A DNA stretch of 32,000 bases from Aciduliprofundum boonei T469 (lineage in GTDB: Archaea > Thermoplasmatota > Thermoplasmata > Thermoplasmatales > Aciduliprofundaceae): the NCBI RefSeq assembly GCF_000025665.1, contig NC_013926.1, positions 1,290,001-1,322,000 of the forward strand. Direction: 5' to 3'. How positions within the stretch are numbered: position 1 is the first letter of the stretch; each line of letters opens with the position of its first letter. Below the pieces are notes generated by a model that did not search any database, was not told where the DNA came from, and was given only the letters and a program-made list of their open reading frames with translations. The translations under genes were made by a program, and so were the position numbers. Shown here piece by piece: positions 9,683 to 18,969 of this stretch.

Positions 9683-9879
9683 TAATTATGGATATGAATG
9701 GGATATACATAAATGCAGCGGATAGTATAGAAATATGGCATTTATAATCCGAAAATGCACCAATGAGTAAACTTGAATCACACTCTTTTGTAAAACATTA
9801 AACTCTTGCAATGCAAATAGTATTCCCTAGGATCACATTATTCCCAAAAAATAAAAATCTTGAATCACTATACCCAACT

Positions 9880-10455
9880 ATGTGGCAAGAGATTTCAAAA
9901 TTCGGTAAGAAGCTTGTTGAGCAAGGACTTGTAAGCTCCCATTTTGGAAACATAAGCGTTCGTGTTGGGGAGTATATGTACATAACTCGCTCAGGCTCGA
10001 TGCTGGATGAAATAACAAAGGATGATGTCGTTCGTGTTTCAATCTACGAGCCGACCTCGTTGGATTTAATTGCCTCTTCGGAGGTAACGGCACATCGGGA
10101 GATTTACAAAAACACATCTGCACTTGCAATAATTCACGATCATTCTCCATTTGCAGTTATTGAATCCTTAATTCATAGAGAACAAGGCAAGGAGAGAATT
10201 GTACCTATTGATAGCGAAGGCTCATATTTCTTACACGATATTCCCATCGTGGAAGGAGGAATAGGTACTGAGAAACTTGCAAACAATCTTGCCAGGGCAC
10301 TGGAGGAGAGAAAGGCGGCCGTGGTTTATTCCCATGGTGTATTTGCTCGGGGCAGCATTTTAGAGGAGGCTTTTGTTGTGGCGAGTATGGTAGAGCATTC
10401 TTGCAAGATGATGTACTATTTCGATATCTGGAAAGATATGAACAAATTACCCTAG
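9880..10455 (+). CDS. Class II aldolase/adducin-domain protein (fuculose-phosphate aldolase-like)
   Basis: The track ORF starts at 9811, but family-like sequence begins at the ATG at 9880 (MWQEISKFGKKLVEQGLVSSHFGNISVR). Other family motifs: TRSGSML, SSEVTAHREIY, AIIHDHSPFA. Confidence 0.8.
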   Translation: MWQEISKFGKKLVEQGLVSSHFGNISVRVGEYMYITRSGSMLDEITKDDVVRVSIYEPTSLDLIASSEVTAHREIYKNTSALAIIHDHSPFAVIESLIHREQGKERIVPIDSEGSYFLHDIPIVEGGIGTEKLANNLARALEERKAAVVYSHGVFARGSILEEAFVVASMVEHSCKMMYYFDIWKDMNKLP

Positions 10456-10465
10456 GGGTGTTTGT

Positions 10466-10915
10466 ATGGATTCCACCATTTTGTGGGGATTCACAATTCT
10501 CTTTTTTGTGGGATTGTTTCTAATGCCTACATTACTGACATTTTACTATCCAAGAATACGGGCTTATACAAGCCCGTGGGTTTGCAGGCATGACCCTCAT
10601 GATTTTAATTATTATGGTTTTTATAAGTGGCAAATAAATTATAAAAATATCGTGGCATCGTATTACTGCAAATTACCTAAAAATATCTTCCGTAGAGTGT
10701 GGCTTAAAGTCACATTATTAATGTCCATTATGATATATTTACCCCTTTTTGTCTCCTTTAGTGCATCTATTGCTTATATGATAAGTATAGGGTACCTCTA
10801 TCTTTCAGTTATTTGGGCAATGATAATACTATGGATTCTAAGCTATTATAGTGCGGATTTATTAGATAGGGCATACAAAAAATGTCAAGAAGAAAAGAAC
10901 AAAACTCAAAAATAA
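10466..10915 (+). CDS. Small membrane protein, unknown function
   Basis: 149-aa ORF starting 10 nt after the aldolase stop. It has an N-terminal TM and about two C-terminal TMs, an aromatic-rich loop and a basic tail. Confidence 0.55.
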   Translation: MDSTILWGFTILFFVGLFLMPTLLTFYYPRIRAYTSPWVCRHDPHDFNYYGFYKWQINYKNIVASYYCKLPKNIFRRVWLKVTLLMSIMIYLPLFVSFSASIAYMISIGYLYLSVIWAMIILWILSYYSADLLDRAYKKCQEEKNKTQK

Positions 10916-10964
10916 AACGAAATTATTATATTCTTTTTCCCTTATCCCCTCGCAGTGATTTCCT

Positions 10965-11849
10965 ATGCCTGAGCTTTTGGAAGAATTGGAAGCACGGTAC
11001 GAGAAGAGAAAGAGAGAGATGGAATTGCACAGGATGCTTAGAGATAAGCATAACAAAGAGGCAAGAGAATGGGCTGACAAGAGAGATGAATTGAATAAGC
11101 AGGTCAAAGAGATGGTTGCAGAGGCAAAGGAGCACAAAAAAAAGAGAGACGAACTCAACGAGAAAGTTAAAGAGTTAAAGGAAAAGCGTCGAGAGTGGAA
11201 TGAAAAGGCAAAGGAATTATCTATAAAGCTCAGAGAGGCCCGTTCAAAATTCATGCCTCGCAAAGATTTGCCAAATGTTGGTAAATTGAAGAAAAAATTA
11301 AGGGAGCTTGAGTTCAAGCAGCAGACAATGGTTTTAACTCCCGAGAAGGAGAGGGAGCTTGTAGAGTTAATCGACTCTTTATACAAAAAGATAATCGAAT
11401 ACGAGAAAATAATAGAAGAAGAAACAAAGAAAAACAAAGAGCTAAACGAGTTGCAAAAGCAGCTCAAGGAGGCAAGAGAGAACGCAGAGAAATATCACCA
11501 AGAGATAGAGAAACTTGTTGCAGAGGCTCAGGAGCATCATAATAAGATGGTTGAATTGTTTGAGAAGGTAGATGAAATTCGCAAAGAGGCAGATGAAGCT
11601 CATCGCCTTTATCTAGAGAACAAAAAAATTGCGGATGAAGAGCATGAGCAGTTCATAGCAGCTGCTAGAGATGTTCGCGATTTTGAGAAGATAATTGCAG
11701 GATTAAGACAGAAGAGAATGGCAAGTAAGAAGAAGCAGGAAAAGAGCGAGATAAAGAAGAAAGCAGAAGAGATTTACGAAAGGTTCAAGCGTGGCGAACC
11801 CCTTACCACGGAGGATATTTTGATCCTCCAGAAAGCGGGGTTGCTATGA
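10965..11849 (+). CDS. Archaeal coiled-coil protein (COG1340-like), unknown function
   Basis: 294 aa, almost entirely heptad-like K/E-rich helix. It has the central LRELEFKQQTMVLTPEKERELVELI segment that I associate with COG1340 proteins. The long antisense ORF at 10862..11467 is a low-complexity artefact. Confidence 0.8.
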   Translation: MPELLEELEARYEKRKREMELHRMLRDKHNKEAREWADKRDELNKQVKEMVAEAKEHKKKRDELNEKVKELKEKRREWNEKAKELSIKLREARSKFMPRKDLPNVGKLKKKLRELEFKQQTMVLTPEKERELVELIDSLYKKIIEYEKIIEEETKKNKELNELQKQLKEARENAEKYHQEIEKLVAEAQEHHNKMVELFEKVDEIRKEADEAHRLYLENKKIADEEHEQFIAAARDVRDFEKIIAGLRQKRMASKKKQEKSEIKKKAEEIYERFKRGEPLTTEDILILQKAGLL

Positions 11850-12667
11850 AAATTTACCCAATTGCATCGGACTCCTTAGGAGTTCGCTCCCTCTCTGTTT
11901 TTATTGAATCCCGTGTCAATGTTTTCATAGACCCTTCTGCCGCTCTCGGTCCTTACCGTTATGGTTTACCCCCTAAACCGCCAGAGATTCAAGCACTACA
12001 AAAATATAAAAAGGAGATCAGAGAATTAGCCAACAAGGCAGATATTTTTGTTATTTCCCATTATCATTATGACCATTATGATCCAGATGAGGATTTTTAT
12101 GAAGGAAAGGTAGTTTATGCAAAGCATTGGAAAGATAAAATAAATTACAGCCAGAAAAAGAGGGCCTATGCATTCCACGAAAAATTTGCAGATAAATGCG
12201 AGTTGCATTATGTGGATGGAAAGAAGTACGAAATTGAAGGTGTTAAAATAAAATTCTCTAAGCCATTTCCCCATGGTAATGAACGAACCCGTTTAGGATT
12301 TGTTATAATGACTACAGTAGATGATGGAAAAACACGAGTTTTACATGCCTCAGATGTTGAAGGACCCATCGTAGAAGAGGCCGCAGAGTATATAATAACG
12401 GAAAACCCAGATATCGCAATAATTGACGGACCTGCCACATACTTTCTCGGCTACAGATTCTCTCAGGAAGATTTAAAAAGGAGTATAAAAAATCTTGTTA
12501 AAATTGCAGAAAATGTTCCCAAAGTAATTTTAGATCACCATCTTTTAAGAGATTTGAAATATAGAGATAGACTGGAGGAAGTGTACGAGCTTGATAATAT
12601 ACTCACATTTGCAGAATTCAACAAAGAGCCTATAAATATGTTGGAGGCACATAGGAAAGATTTGTAA
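11846..12667 (+). CDS. Metallo-beta-lactamase-fold hydrolase (UPF0282/COG2248-like)
   Basis: 273 aa. It shares an ATGA start/stop overlap with the coiled-coil gene. It carries the HxHxDH motif (SHYHYDHYD) and downstream His/Asp ligand candidates (HASD, DHH). Confidence 0.8.
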   Translation: MKIYPIASDSLGVRSLSVFIESRVNVFIDPSAALGPYRYGLPPKPPEIQALQKYKKEIRELANKADIFVISHYHYDHYDPDEDFYEGKVVYAKHWKDKINYSQKKRAYAFHEKFADKCELHYVDGKKYEIEGVKIKFSKPFPHGNERTRLGFVIMTTVDDGKTRVLHASDVEGPIVEEAAEYIITENPDIAIIDGPATYFLGYRFSQEDLKRSIKNLVKIAENVPKVILDHHLLRDLKYRDRLEEVYELDNILTFAEFNKEPINMLEAHRKDL

Positions 12668-12852
12668 TATATTCTGTGGTTTTATAGGTCATCTGCGTGC
12701 TGGATAGATATTTTTAATATCCATTGGTATCGGTTTCTTATTACCCGAGATAATGATATTTCAATACCTACCTACCAATAAACAACATGTTATAAACAGA
12801 AATCGTAGAATAAATAACGAAAATCTTAAATTTAATGTTAGAATATCGTATC

Positions 12853-13239
12853 ATGATGAGAAAAAGAATACTCATTGCTAAGGTTGGCCTAGACGGGCAT
12901 GACCGCGGAGCAAAGGTTGTGGCTAGGGCCTTGAAGAATGCTGGTTTTGAGGTTATTTACACTGGAATAAGACAGAGTCCTGAACAGGTGGTTGAAACTG
13001 CAATACAGGAGGATGTGGATCTAATAGGGCTAAGTTGTCTTTCAGGTGCGCATATTCCACTATTTAAAAGGGTTATGGAGATTATGAAAGAGAAGGGCGT
13101 AAACATACCTGTATTTTGTGGAGGCACTATACCTCCAGGAGATGTTGAAGCCCTGAAGAGGATGGGGATTAAAGAGGTGTTTGGGCCCGGTGCGCCCCTG
13201 AAACTTATTGTAGAGAAGGTGAGGATATGGGTAAAATAG
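12853..13239 (+). CDS. Methylmalonyl-CoA mutase, small B12-binding subunit
   Basis: [22 protein letters not shown] contains the DxHxxG cobalamin-binding motif. The track ORF starts at 12835. The ATGs at 12853/12856 lie about 25-30 nt after a TTAAATTTAA TATA-like box. Confidence 0.9.
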   Translation: MMRKRILIAKVGLDGHDRGAKVVARALKNAGFEVIYTGIRQSPEQVVETAIQEDVDLIGLSCLSGAHIPLFKRVMEIMKEKGVNIPVFCGGTIPPGDVEALKRMGIKEVFGPGAPLKLIVEKVRIWVK

Positions 13240-14177
13240 AGGATATGATAGAGAAAATAAGAGAGGGAAACAAGGTAACTCTTTCAAAACTCATAACAAA
13301 GATGGAGAATGATCCGGAGATAAGGAAGGAGGTGATAAAGAGGATATATGGCTGTCCTGTGAAGGGGAGGATAATCTGTTTCACAGGCCCTCCAGGAGTG
13401 GGGAAGAGTACTCTAATAGATCATGTAATATCCATTTTAACAGAGGGGGGAAAGAAGGTTGGAGTTATACTAGTTGACCCTCGGTCGCCCTATACGGGCG
13501 GCTCTCTTTTGGGTGATAGAATTAGAATGCAGAGACATGCGACAAATCCAAATGTGTTTATAAGAAGCATAAGTTGTGCAGACAATCCAGAGGGCATATC
13601 CCGTTCTGTAAAGGATATTTTGAAGGTTATGGGTCTTTCTGGAATGGATTATATCGTTGTGGAGACAGTTGGTACAGGACAGATTGCCGTTGAGGTCTCC
13701 TACATATGCCACACAACAGTTCTGGTACTAATGCCCAATATGGGCGATGACATACAGATGATGAAGGCTGGCATAATTGAGAGTGCTGATATATATGTGA
13801 TAAACAAGAGCGATATAGGAGGAGCGGATCTCACAGAGGCATATTTGAAAGATAACATAGAGCCCAGGGATGGATGGGAACCTCCAATAATAAGAACAGT
13901 GGGGTACAACAGAGCCACAGTTATCCCACTCATAGAAAAAATTGAGGAGCATTTAAAGCGTGAGAATCCCATGTACCTTGAGAAGATTAGGGGCTTGCTT
14001 AAAACGATGTTTTTGGATTATATTGACGATTTCGCAGCACATTTTTTAGAAAATAAATCTGATTTTGAACATTTGGTCAAGAAGGTTGCAAAATGTGAAA
14101 AGGATTATTACACCGCCGTTGAAGAGCTCTATGATGTATTCAAAAAGGAGGTGATTTGTCGTGATAAAAAAGATTGA
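13227..14177 (+). CDS. meaB: MeaB/ArgK-type G3E GTPase (methylmalonyl-CoA mutase chaperone)
   Basis: 316 aa. P-loop [16 protein letters not shown] and the NKSD specificity motif. It overlaps the upstream gene by 13 nt. Confidence 0.9.
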   Translation: MGKIEDMIEKIREGNKVTLSKLITKMENDPEIRKEVIKRIYGCPVKGRIICFTGPPGVGKSTLIDHVISILTEGGKKVGVILVDPRSPYTGGSLLGDRIRMQRHATNPNVFIRSISCADNPEGISRSVKDILKVMGLSGMDYIVVETVGTGQIAVEVSYICHTTVLVLMPNMGDDIQMMKAGIIESADIYVINKSDIGGADLTEAYLKDNIEPRDGWEPPIIRTVGYNRATVIPLIEKIEEHLKRENPMYLEKIRGLLKTMFLDYIDDFAAHFLENKSDFEHLVKKVAKCEKDYYTAVEELYDVFKKEVICRDKKD

Positions 14178-14550
14178 TCATGTGGCCATAGCTGTTAAAG
14201 AGCTTGCAGAAGGTACGAGGATATGGGAAGATATGGGTTTTCACATAGAGTATGAGACTGTTGGGGATCAGAAGGTGAAGATAGGCATGATTCATCTCGG
14301 CGATTCCAGAATTGAAATTCTAGAGCCTTTGGGTGAGGATTCTCCAATCTCAAAATTCTTGGAGAAGAGAGGGGAAGGGCTACATCATCTTGCAGTGCAA
14401 GTGGATGATATTGAAAAAGCCCTCAAAGATTTGAAGAGCAAGGGTTACAGGCTCATAGATGAAAAACCCAGGATCGGAGCTGGAGGCAAGAAGATTGCCT
14501 TTGTGCATCCAAAGTCTTCAAAAATTCTCTTAGAGCTTGTGGAGGGTTGA
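14161..14550 (+). CDS. mce: Methylmalonyl-CoA epimerase (VOC/glyoxalase fold)
   Basis: 129 aa with a GTG start overlapping the meaB end by 17 nt. Motifs: [30 protein letters not shown]. Confidence 0.88.
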   Translation: MIKKIDHVAIAVKELAEGTRIWEDMGFHIEYETVGDQKVKIGMIHLGDSRIEILEPLGEDSPISKFLEKRGEGLHHLAVQVDDIEKALKDLKSKGYRLIDEKPRIGAGGKKIAFVHPKSSKILLELVEG

Positions 14551-14552
14551 AT

Positions 14553-16232
14553 ATGAATGTTGAAAAGATAATAAAGGAGAAAGAGAGGTGGGAGAAGAGC
14601 ATGCTTCACAAATTTTTAGATAAGACGCCTGAGAGGAAGAAATTCATGCTTGATTTTGGTAGGGAGATTGATAGACTTTACACTCCCGAGCATCTTAAAG
14701 ATTGGGATTATTTAGAAAAGCTAGGATTTCCAGGCGAGCATCCCTTTACTCGAGGGGTTTATCCAACCATGTATCGCGGTCGCTTATGGACAATGCGCCA
14801 GTATGCGGGGTTCGGTACTGCGGAGGAGACCAATAAGAGATACAAGTTCCTTTTAGAAAGGGGTCAAACTGGGCTGAGTGTGGCCTTTGACTTACCAACG
14901 CAAGTGGGCTACGATTCGGATGATCCTATGGCTATGGGGGAGATTGGAAAAGTGGGCGTGGCCATCGATACCATTGAGGATATGCGCATCTTATTTGATG
15001 GGATTCCTCTGGACAAAATAAGCACATCCATGACCATAAACTCCACAGCCGCAATTCTTCTGAGTATGTACCAGATTGTTGGAGAGGAGCAAAATGTGCC
15101 AAACGAGATGCTTAGGGGAACTATTCAGAATGATATCTTAAAGGAGTACATTGCCAGGGGCACTTACATATTTCCACCACAACCCTCCATGCGGTTAGTA
15201 GCGGATACCATAATATACTGCTCTGAGAGAATTCCCAAATGGAATCCAATAAGTATATCTGGTTATCACATTCGTGAGGCTGGAAGCACTGCAGTTCAGG
15301 AGGTGGCATTTACCATCGCCGATGGTATGGAGTATGTGAAATGGGTTATGCGCAGAGGCGTGGATGTGGATAAGTTTGCACCACGCTTATCCTTCTTCTT
15401 TGCCGCCCACAACAATTTCTTTGAAGAGATAGCGAAGTTCAGAGCGGCAAGGAGACTATGGGCCAAAGTTATGCGCGATAGATTTGGAGCGAAAAATCCA
15501 AAATCTTGTATGCTTAGATTTCACACGCAAACTGGTGGCTCAACGCTCACAGCACAACAACCTCTCAACAATATAATACGTGTGGCAATACAGGCTCTTG
15601 CTGCTGTAATAGGGGGAACGCAAAGTCTGCATACTAATTCCTATGATGAGGCCCTGGCCCTTCCAACCAGGAAATCTGTGGAGATTGCACTGAGGACGCA
15701 GCAGATAATCGCCTATGAGAGTGGAGTTGCAGATACCATTGATCCAATGGGTGGAAGCTATTATGTGGAATGGTTAACAGATACTATTGAAGAAGAGGTA
15801 TGGAAATATCTGGATAAAATTGAGGAAATAGGGGGTATGACCAAGGCTATAGAGGTAGGATATGTGCAGAAGGAGATTGCAGATTCAGCTTATAAGATAC
15901 AGATGGAAATTGAGAATGGAGAGAGGGTTGTTGTAGGCGTAAATAAATTTGTGGATGAGAATGAAGAGATAAATATAGAGATAATGAAGGTGAGCGAAGA
16001 AGCGGCCAGGAAGCAGATTGAGAGGCTTCAGAGATTCAAAAAGAGTAGAAACAAGGAGAAAGTTAAAAAAGCAATAGAGCAATTACAGAAGGTAGCAGAA
16101 AGAGATGAGAGTAATGAGAACAATATGGTACCATATATCTACAACTGTGTAAAAAATAAGGCTACTTTGGGAGAAATAATAGCAGCTTTGAAGGAGATAT
16201 TTGGAGAGTATCGTGCTCCAACGGTGATATGA
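14553..16232 (+). CDS. Methylmalonyl-CoA mutase, large catalytic subunit
   Basis: About 559 aa. The track start at 14547 is TTG; the ATG at 14553 follows a GGAGGG SD. MCM catalytic-barrel motifs: [51 protein letters not shown]. Confidence 0.95.
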   Translation: MNVEKIIKEKERWEKSMLHKFLDKTPERKKFMLDFGREIDRLYTPEHLKDWDYLEKLGFPGEHPFTRGVYPTMYRGRLWTMRQYAGFGTAEETNKRYKFLLERGQTGLSVAFDLPTQVGYDSDDPMAMGEIGKVGVAIDTIEDMRILFDGIPLDKISTSMTINSTAAILLSMYQIVGEEQNVPNEMLRGTIQNDILKEYIARGTYIFPPQPSMRLVADTIIYCSERIPKWNPISISGYHIREAGSTAVQEVAFTIADGMEYVKWVMRRGVDVDKFAPRLSFFFAAHNNFFEEIAKFRAARRLWAKVMRDRFGAKNPKSCMLRFHTQTGGSTLTAQQPLNNIIRVAIQALAAVIGGTQSLHTNSYDEALALPTRKSVEIALRTQQIIAYESGVADTIDPMGGSYYVEWLTDTIEEEVWKYLDKIEEIGGMTKAIEVGYVQKEIADSAYKIQMEIENGERVVVGVNKFVDENEEINIEIMKVSEEAARKQIERLQRFKKSRNKEKVKKAIEQLQKVAERDESNENNMVPYIYNCVKNKATLGEIIAALKEIFGEYRAPTVI

Positions 16233-16266
16233 TGCGCCACAAGTATAATATATGCCATGAGCTTTA

Positions 16267-16300
16267 TCATTGTCGAAATTCGTTATGTCAATTGTCGAAA
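16267..16300 (+). promoter_or_regulatory. Direct repeat ATTGTCGAAA x2 (22-bp phase) between a TATAATATAT box and the mmdA start
   Basis: Exact 10-mers at 16269..16278 and 16291..16300, each preceded by TC(A). A TATA-like sequence lies at 16244..16253. The mmdA SD (GTGGGGGA) and ATG (16314) follow directly. Confidence 0.35.
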
Positions 16301-16313
16301 GTGGGGGATAATT

Positions 16314-17840
16314 ATGCTTGAAGAAAAAAGAAAAAAAGCGATGGAAGGCGGTGGAGAAGAAAGAATAAAAAAGCAGCATGAGAAGGGGAAACTCACAGCT
16401 AGAGAGAGAATCGAGAAACTTTTAGACGAAGGAACATTTGTAGAACTGGGTATGTTTGCAGAGTCTCGTGCTACAGAGTTCGGTATGGACAAAAAGAGAT
16501 TTCCTGGAGATGGTGTTGTAACAGGATATGGTACGATAGATGGTCGACTGGTTTTCGTTTATGCCCAAGATTTTACAGTTCTTGGCGGTTCTCTTGGTGA
16601 GATGCATGCAGAGAAAATAACAAGAGTTTTAGATCTTGCATTGAAAAACGGTGCTCCTGTTATAGGGCTTAATGATTCTGGCGGAGCTAGAATTCAGGAA
16701 GGTGTAGATTCTCTAAAGGGCTATGGAGAGATCTTTTTCCGCAACACTATTGCAAGTGGTGTTGTGCCGCAAATTGCAGTGATAATGGGCCCCAGTGCAG
16801 GGGGTGCGGTGTACTCTCCAGCCATTATGGACTTTGTGGTTATGGTTGACAAAACATCTTATATGTTCATAACTGGACCTCAGGTTATCAAAGCCGTTAC
16901 AGGTGAGGATGTGGATTTTGAGAGTTTGGGTGGAGCGAGAGTGCACAATGAAAAAAGCGGAAATGCTCACATATTCGCAAAAAACGAAGAGGAAGCTTTG
17001 CATCTTGTCAGAGCCTTACTAAGTTACTTACCCTCAAATAATATGGAAGACCCTCCATTTATAGACACAGGAGATCCTCCAGACAGAATGGATTACAAAT
17101 TAGACAAAATCATACCCAAGGATCCTAAAAAATCCTACGATGTGAAAGATATAATCAATATCATTGTGGATAGAGGAACATTTTTTGAAATTCATCCACT
17201 CTATGCACAGAACATAGTAGTGGGATTTGCAAGGATGGGAGGTAAGGTTGTTGGCATCGTCGCAAATCAGCCAAAGTTCTATGCGGGCGTGCTTGATATA
17301 AATGCTAGTGATAAAGCTGCGAGATTTGTTAGATTCTGCGATGCTTTCAATATACCTATTGTTACTCTCGTGGATGTTCCCGGCTACATGCCAGGGGTGG
17401 CTCAAGAGCATGGAGGAATAATAAGGCATGGTGCAAAATTACTATATGCGTATAGCGAGGCAACGGTACCGAAAATAACAGTGATTCTCCGGAAAGCCTA
17501 TGGTGGAGCATACATAGCCATGGGCTCCAAACATCTGCGCGCAGATGTTGTTTACGCTTGGCCCAATGCAGAAATTGCAGTAATGGGACCAGAGGGAGCA
17601 GTAAATATCGTGTTTAGGAGAGAGATTAAGGAGGCAGAGAACCCAGAGAAGAGAAGACAGGAATTAATAAATGAATATCGTGACAAATTTGCGAATCCCT
17701 ATGTAGCCGCATCCCGTTTATATGTGGATGACATCATTTATCCCCATGAAACCAGACCCAAGATAATCCAAGCCTTAAATATGTTGGAGAACAAGAAAGA
17801 GGAAAGGCCTGAGAAGAAGCATGGAAATATACCACTATAG
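16314..17840 (+). CDS. mmdA: Methylmalonyl-CoA decarboxylase alpha subunit (acyl-CoA carboxyltransferase)
   Basis: The track ORF starts at 16257. The ATG at 16314 ([33 protein letters not shown]) matches the usual N-terminus and has an SD. Carboxyltransferase motifs: [33 protein letters not shown]. The call as decarboxylase rests on the adjacent OadG/BCCP/OadB genes and the absence of a biotin carboxylase. Confidence 0.9.
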   Translation: MLEEKRKKAMEGGGEERIKKQHEKGKLTARERIEKLLDEGTFVELGMFAESRATEFGMDKKRFPGDGVVTGYGTIDGRLVFVYAQDFTVLGGSLGEMHAEKITRVLDLALKNGAPVIGLNDSGGARIQEGVDSLKGYGEIFFRNTIASGVVPQIAVIMGPSAGGAVYSPAIMDFVVMVDKTSYMFITGPQVIKAVTGEDVDFESLGGARVHNEKSGNAHIFAKNEEEALHLVRALLSYLPSNNMEDPPFIDTGDPPDRMDYKLDKIIPKDPKKSYDVKDIINIIVDRGTFFEIHPLYAQNIVVGFARMGGKVVGIVANQPKFYAGVLDINASDKAARFVRFCDAFNIPIVTLVDVPGYMPGVAQEHGGIIRHGAKLLYAYSEATVPKITVILRKAYGGAYIAMGSKHLRADVVYAWPNAEIAVMGPEGAVNIVFRREIKEAENPEKRRQELINEYRDKFANPYVAASRLYVDDIIYPHETRPKIIQALNMLENKKEERPEKKHGNIPL

Positions 17841-17848
17841 GTGGTTCA

Positions 17849-18595
17849 ATGAAGTATCTCCTCCCCCTATTTACAGTTTTTATTCTTTTGGGAAGCGCTT
17901 TGGCCATGGCTTCTCTACCATCATATGGGGATTGGAGATTTACTTATAATGCTGATAGTGCATCATTCTCGTTTCAGAATTCAACTGCTTTGGTAACTGT
18001 TGTAAATGGAATCGCATATCTTAAAACAAATCTATCAGAGCCTATAGAGAAGGGCTCTCGCATAACCTTAAACCTAAGTCTCCAAGCCAGTACAATGTCC
18101 ATAGATCAAGGAATAAAAATCATACTTGGTGGGGATGTGCTTTTAGATAGTAAACTAAAAAATGGGAAGCAGAGCTTTCAATTCTATGCTTTATGCACAT
18201 ACAACGCCAGCGACACTCTAACCATTATTCTTTATGATCTTGGAGGAAAGTTAAGTGTTAAATTACAACCCTTTTATATAGAGAAGGTTAAAGGAGGTTT
18301 AAATGAAGGTTTGCTTTTGACAGGTGTAGGTATAACTGTAGTATTTGTAGTGCTTAGTATTCTTGCTTCAGTTATGTATCTTCTAAAACCTAAAAATAAA
18401 GAGGAAAAGAAAAAATCGAAGGAGGTAAAAAAGATGATGACCATGAAAGAGCAAGAGGTTGATAGCGAAGTTATAGCTGCTATTGTAGGAACCCTAAATC
18501 TTTACCTTGGTGGAAAGAAGTTTAAAATAATAAATGTAAAGCCTTCGCTCTGGAAATATTATGGAAGGCTGAAAATGATGAGGCGATGGAAATGA
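17849..18595 (+). CDS. OadG/MmdD-like decarboxylase membrane-anchor subunit with an extra N-terminal secreted domain
   Basis: 248 aa with, in order:
- a signal-peptide-like N-terminus (MKYLLPLFTVFILLGSALAMA);
- a beta-rich domain of about 150 aa carrying four N-x-S/T sequons;
- an OadG-type TM helix (EGLLLTGVGITVVFVVLSILASVMYLL);
- a K/E linker;
- an EVDSEVIAAIVGTLNLYL tail typical of OadG-family C-termini. Confidence 0.7.
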   Translation: MKYLLPLFTVFILLGSALAMASLPSYGDWRFTYNADSASFSFQNSTALVTVVNGIAYLKTNLSEPIEKGSRITLNLSLQASTMSIDQGIKIILGGDVLLDSKLKNGKQSFQFYALCTYNASDTLTIILYDLGGKLSVKLQPFYIEKVKGGLNEGLLLTGVGITVVFVVLSILASVMYLLKPKNKEEKKKSKEVKKMMTMKEQEVDSEVIAAIVGTLNLYLGGKKFKIINVKPSLWKYYGRLKMMRRWK

Positions 18596-18969
18596 GAAGA
18601 AAATTTAAAGTAATGGTTAACGGAAAAGAGTATGTAGTGGAAATTGAAGAACTCGGAGAGCCCAACTCGCAAGCACCCATACAGCCAAGGTACGAAATAA
18701 AGCCTGAATCTTCAAAGCCCAGTACACCAAAACCTGCAGAGACTTCTGCGGAAGAGGGTGCTGTCACATCTCCTATGCCCGGCAAGATTTTAGATATCAG
18801 AGTTAGCAAAGGAGATAAAGTGAAGATAGGAGATGTTCTTATAATATTAGAAGCTATGAAGATGGAAAACGAAATTGTTGCACCAAAGGATGGTATAGTG
18901 AAAGAAGTAAGGGTAAATGTAGGAGATAAAGTAGATAGAGGTTCAGTACTAATTGTGATAGGTGAATGA
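18586..18969 (+). CDS. mmdC: Biotin carboxyl carrier subunit of the decarboxylase (MmdC/gamma)
   Basis: 127 aa. P/S/E-rich linker followed by a biotinyl domain with the EAMKMENEI biotinylation motif. Confidence 0.92.
   Translation: MEMRRKFKVMVNGKEYVVEIEELGEPNSQAPIQPRYEIKPESSKPSTPKPAETSAEEGAVTSPMPGKILDIRVSKGDKVKIGDVLIILEAMKMENEIVAPKDGIVKEVRVNVGDKVDRGSVLIVIGE

Noticed and set aside
10862-11467. 201-aa minus-strand ORF (S/F/L-rich) opposite the COG1340 coiled-coil gene.
   Set aside because: It is the antisense reading of a K/E-rich GAA/AAG-repeat coding sequence. The product is low-complexity, there is no SD, and it is fully nested in a better-supported gene.
12668-12834. Possible cobalamin riboswitch or other leader RNA upstream of the B12-dependent mutase operon.
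   Set aside because: The region is very AT-rich. I saw no B12-box-like conserved core and no extended GC-paired helices, and cobalamin riboswitches are not established in archaea. There is only a short GATATT-TTT-AATATC palindrome (12707..12721) and a TATA-like box.
16314-17840. Reading the carboxyltransferase as the propionyl-CoA carboxylase beta subunit (an anabolic carboxylase).
   Set aside because: The cluster has no biotin carboxylase. The gene is directly followed by OadG-like, biotin-carrier and OadB Na+-pump subunits, which is the architecture of a membrane decarboxylase.
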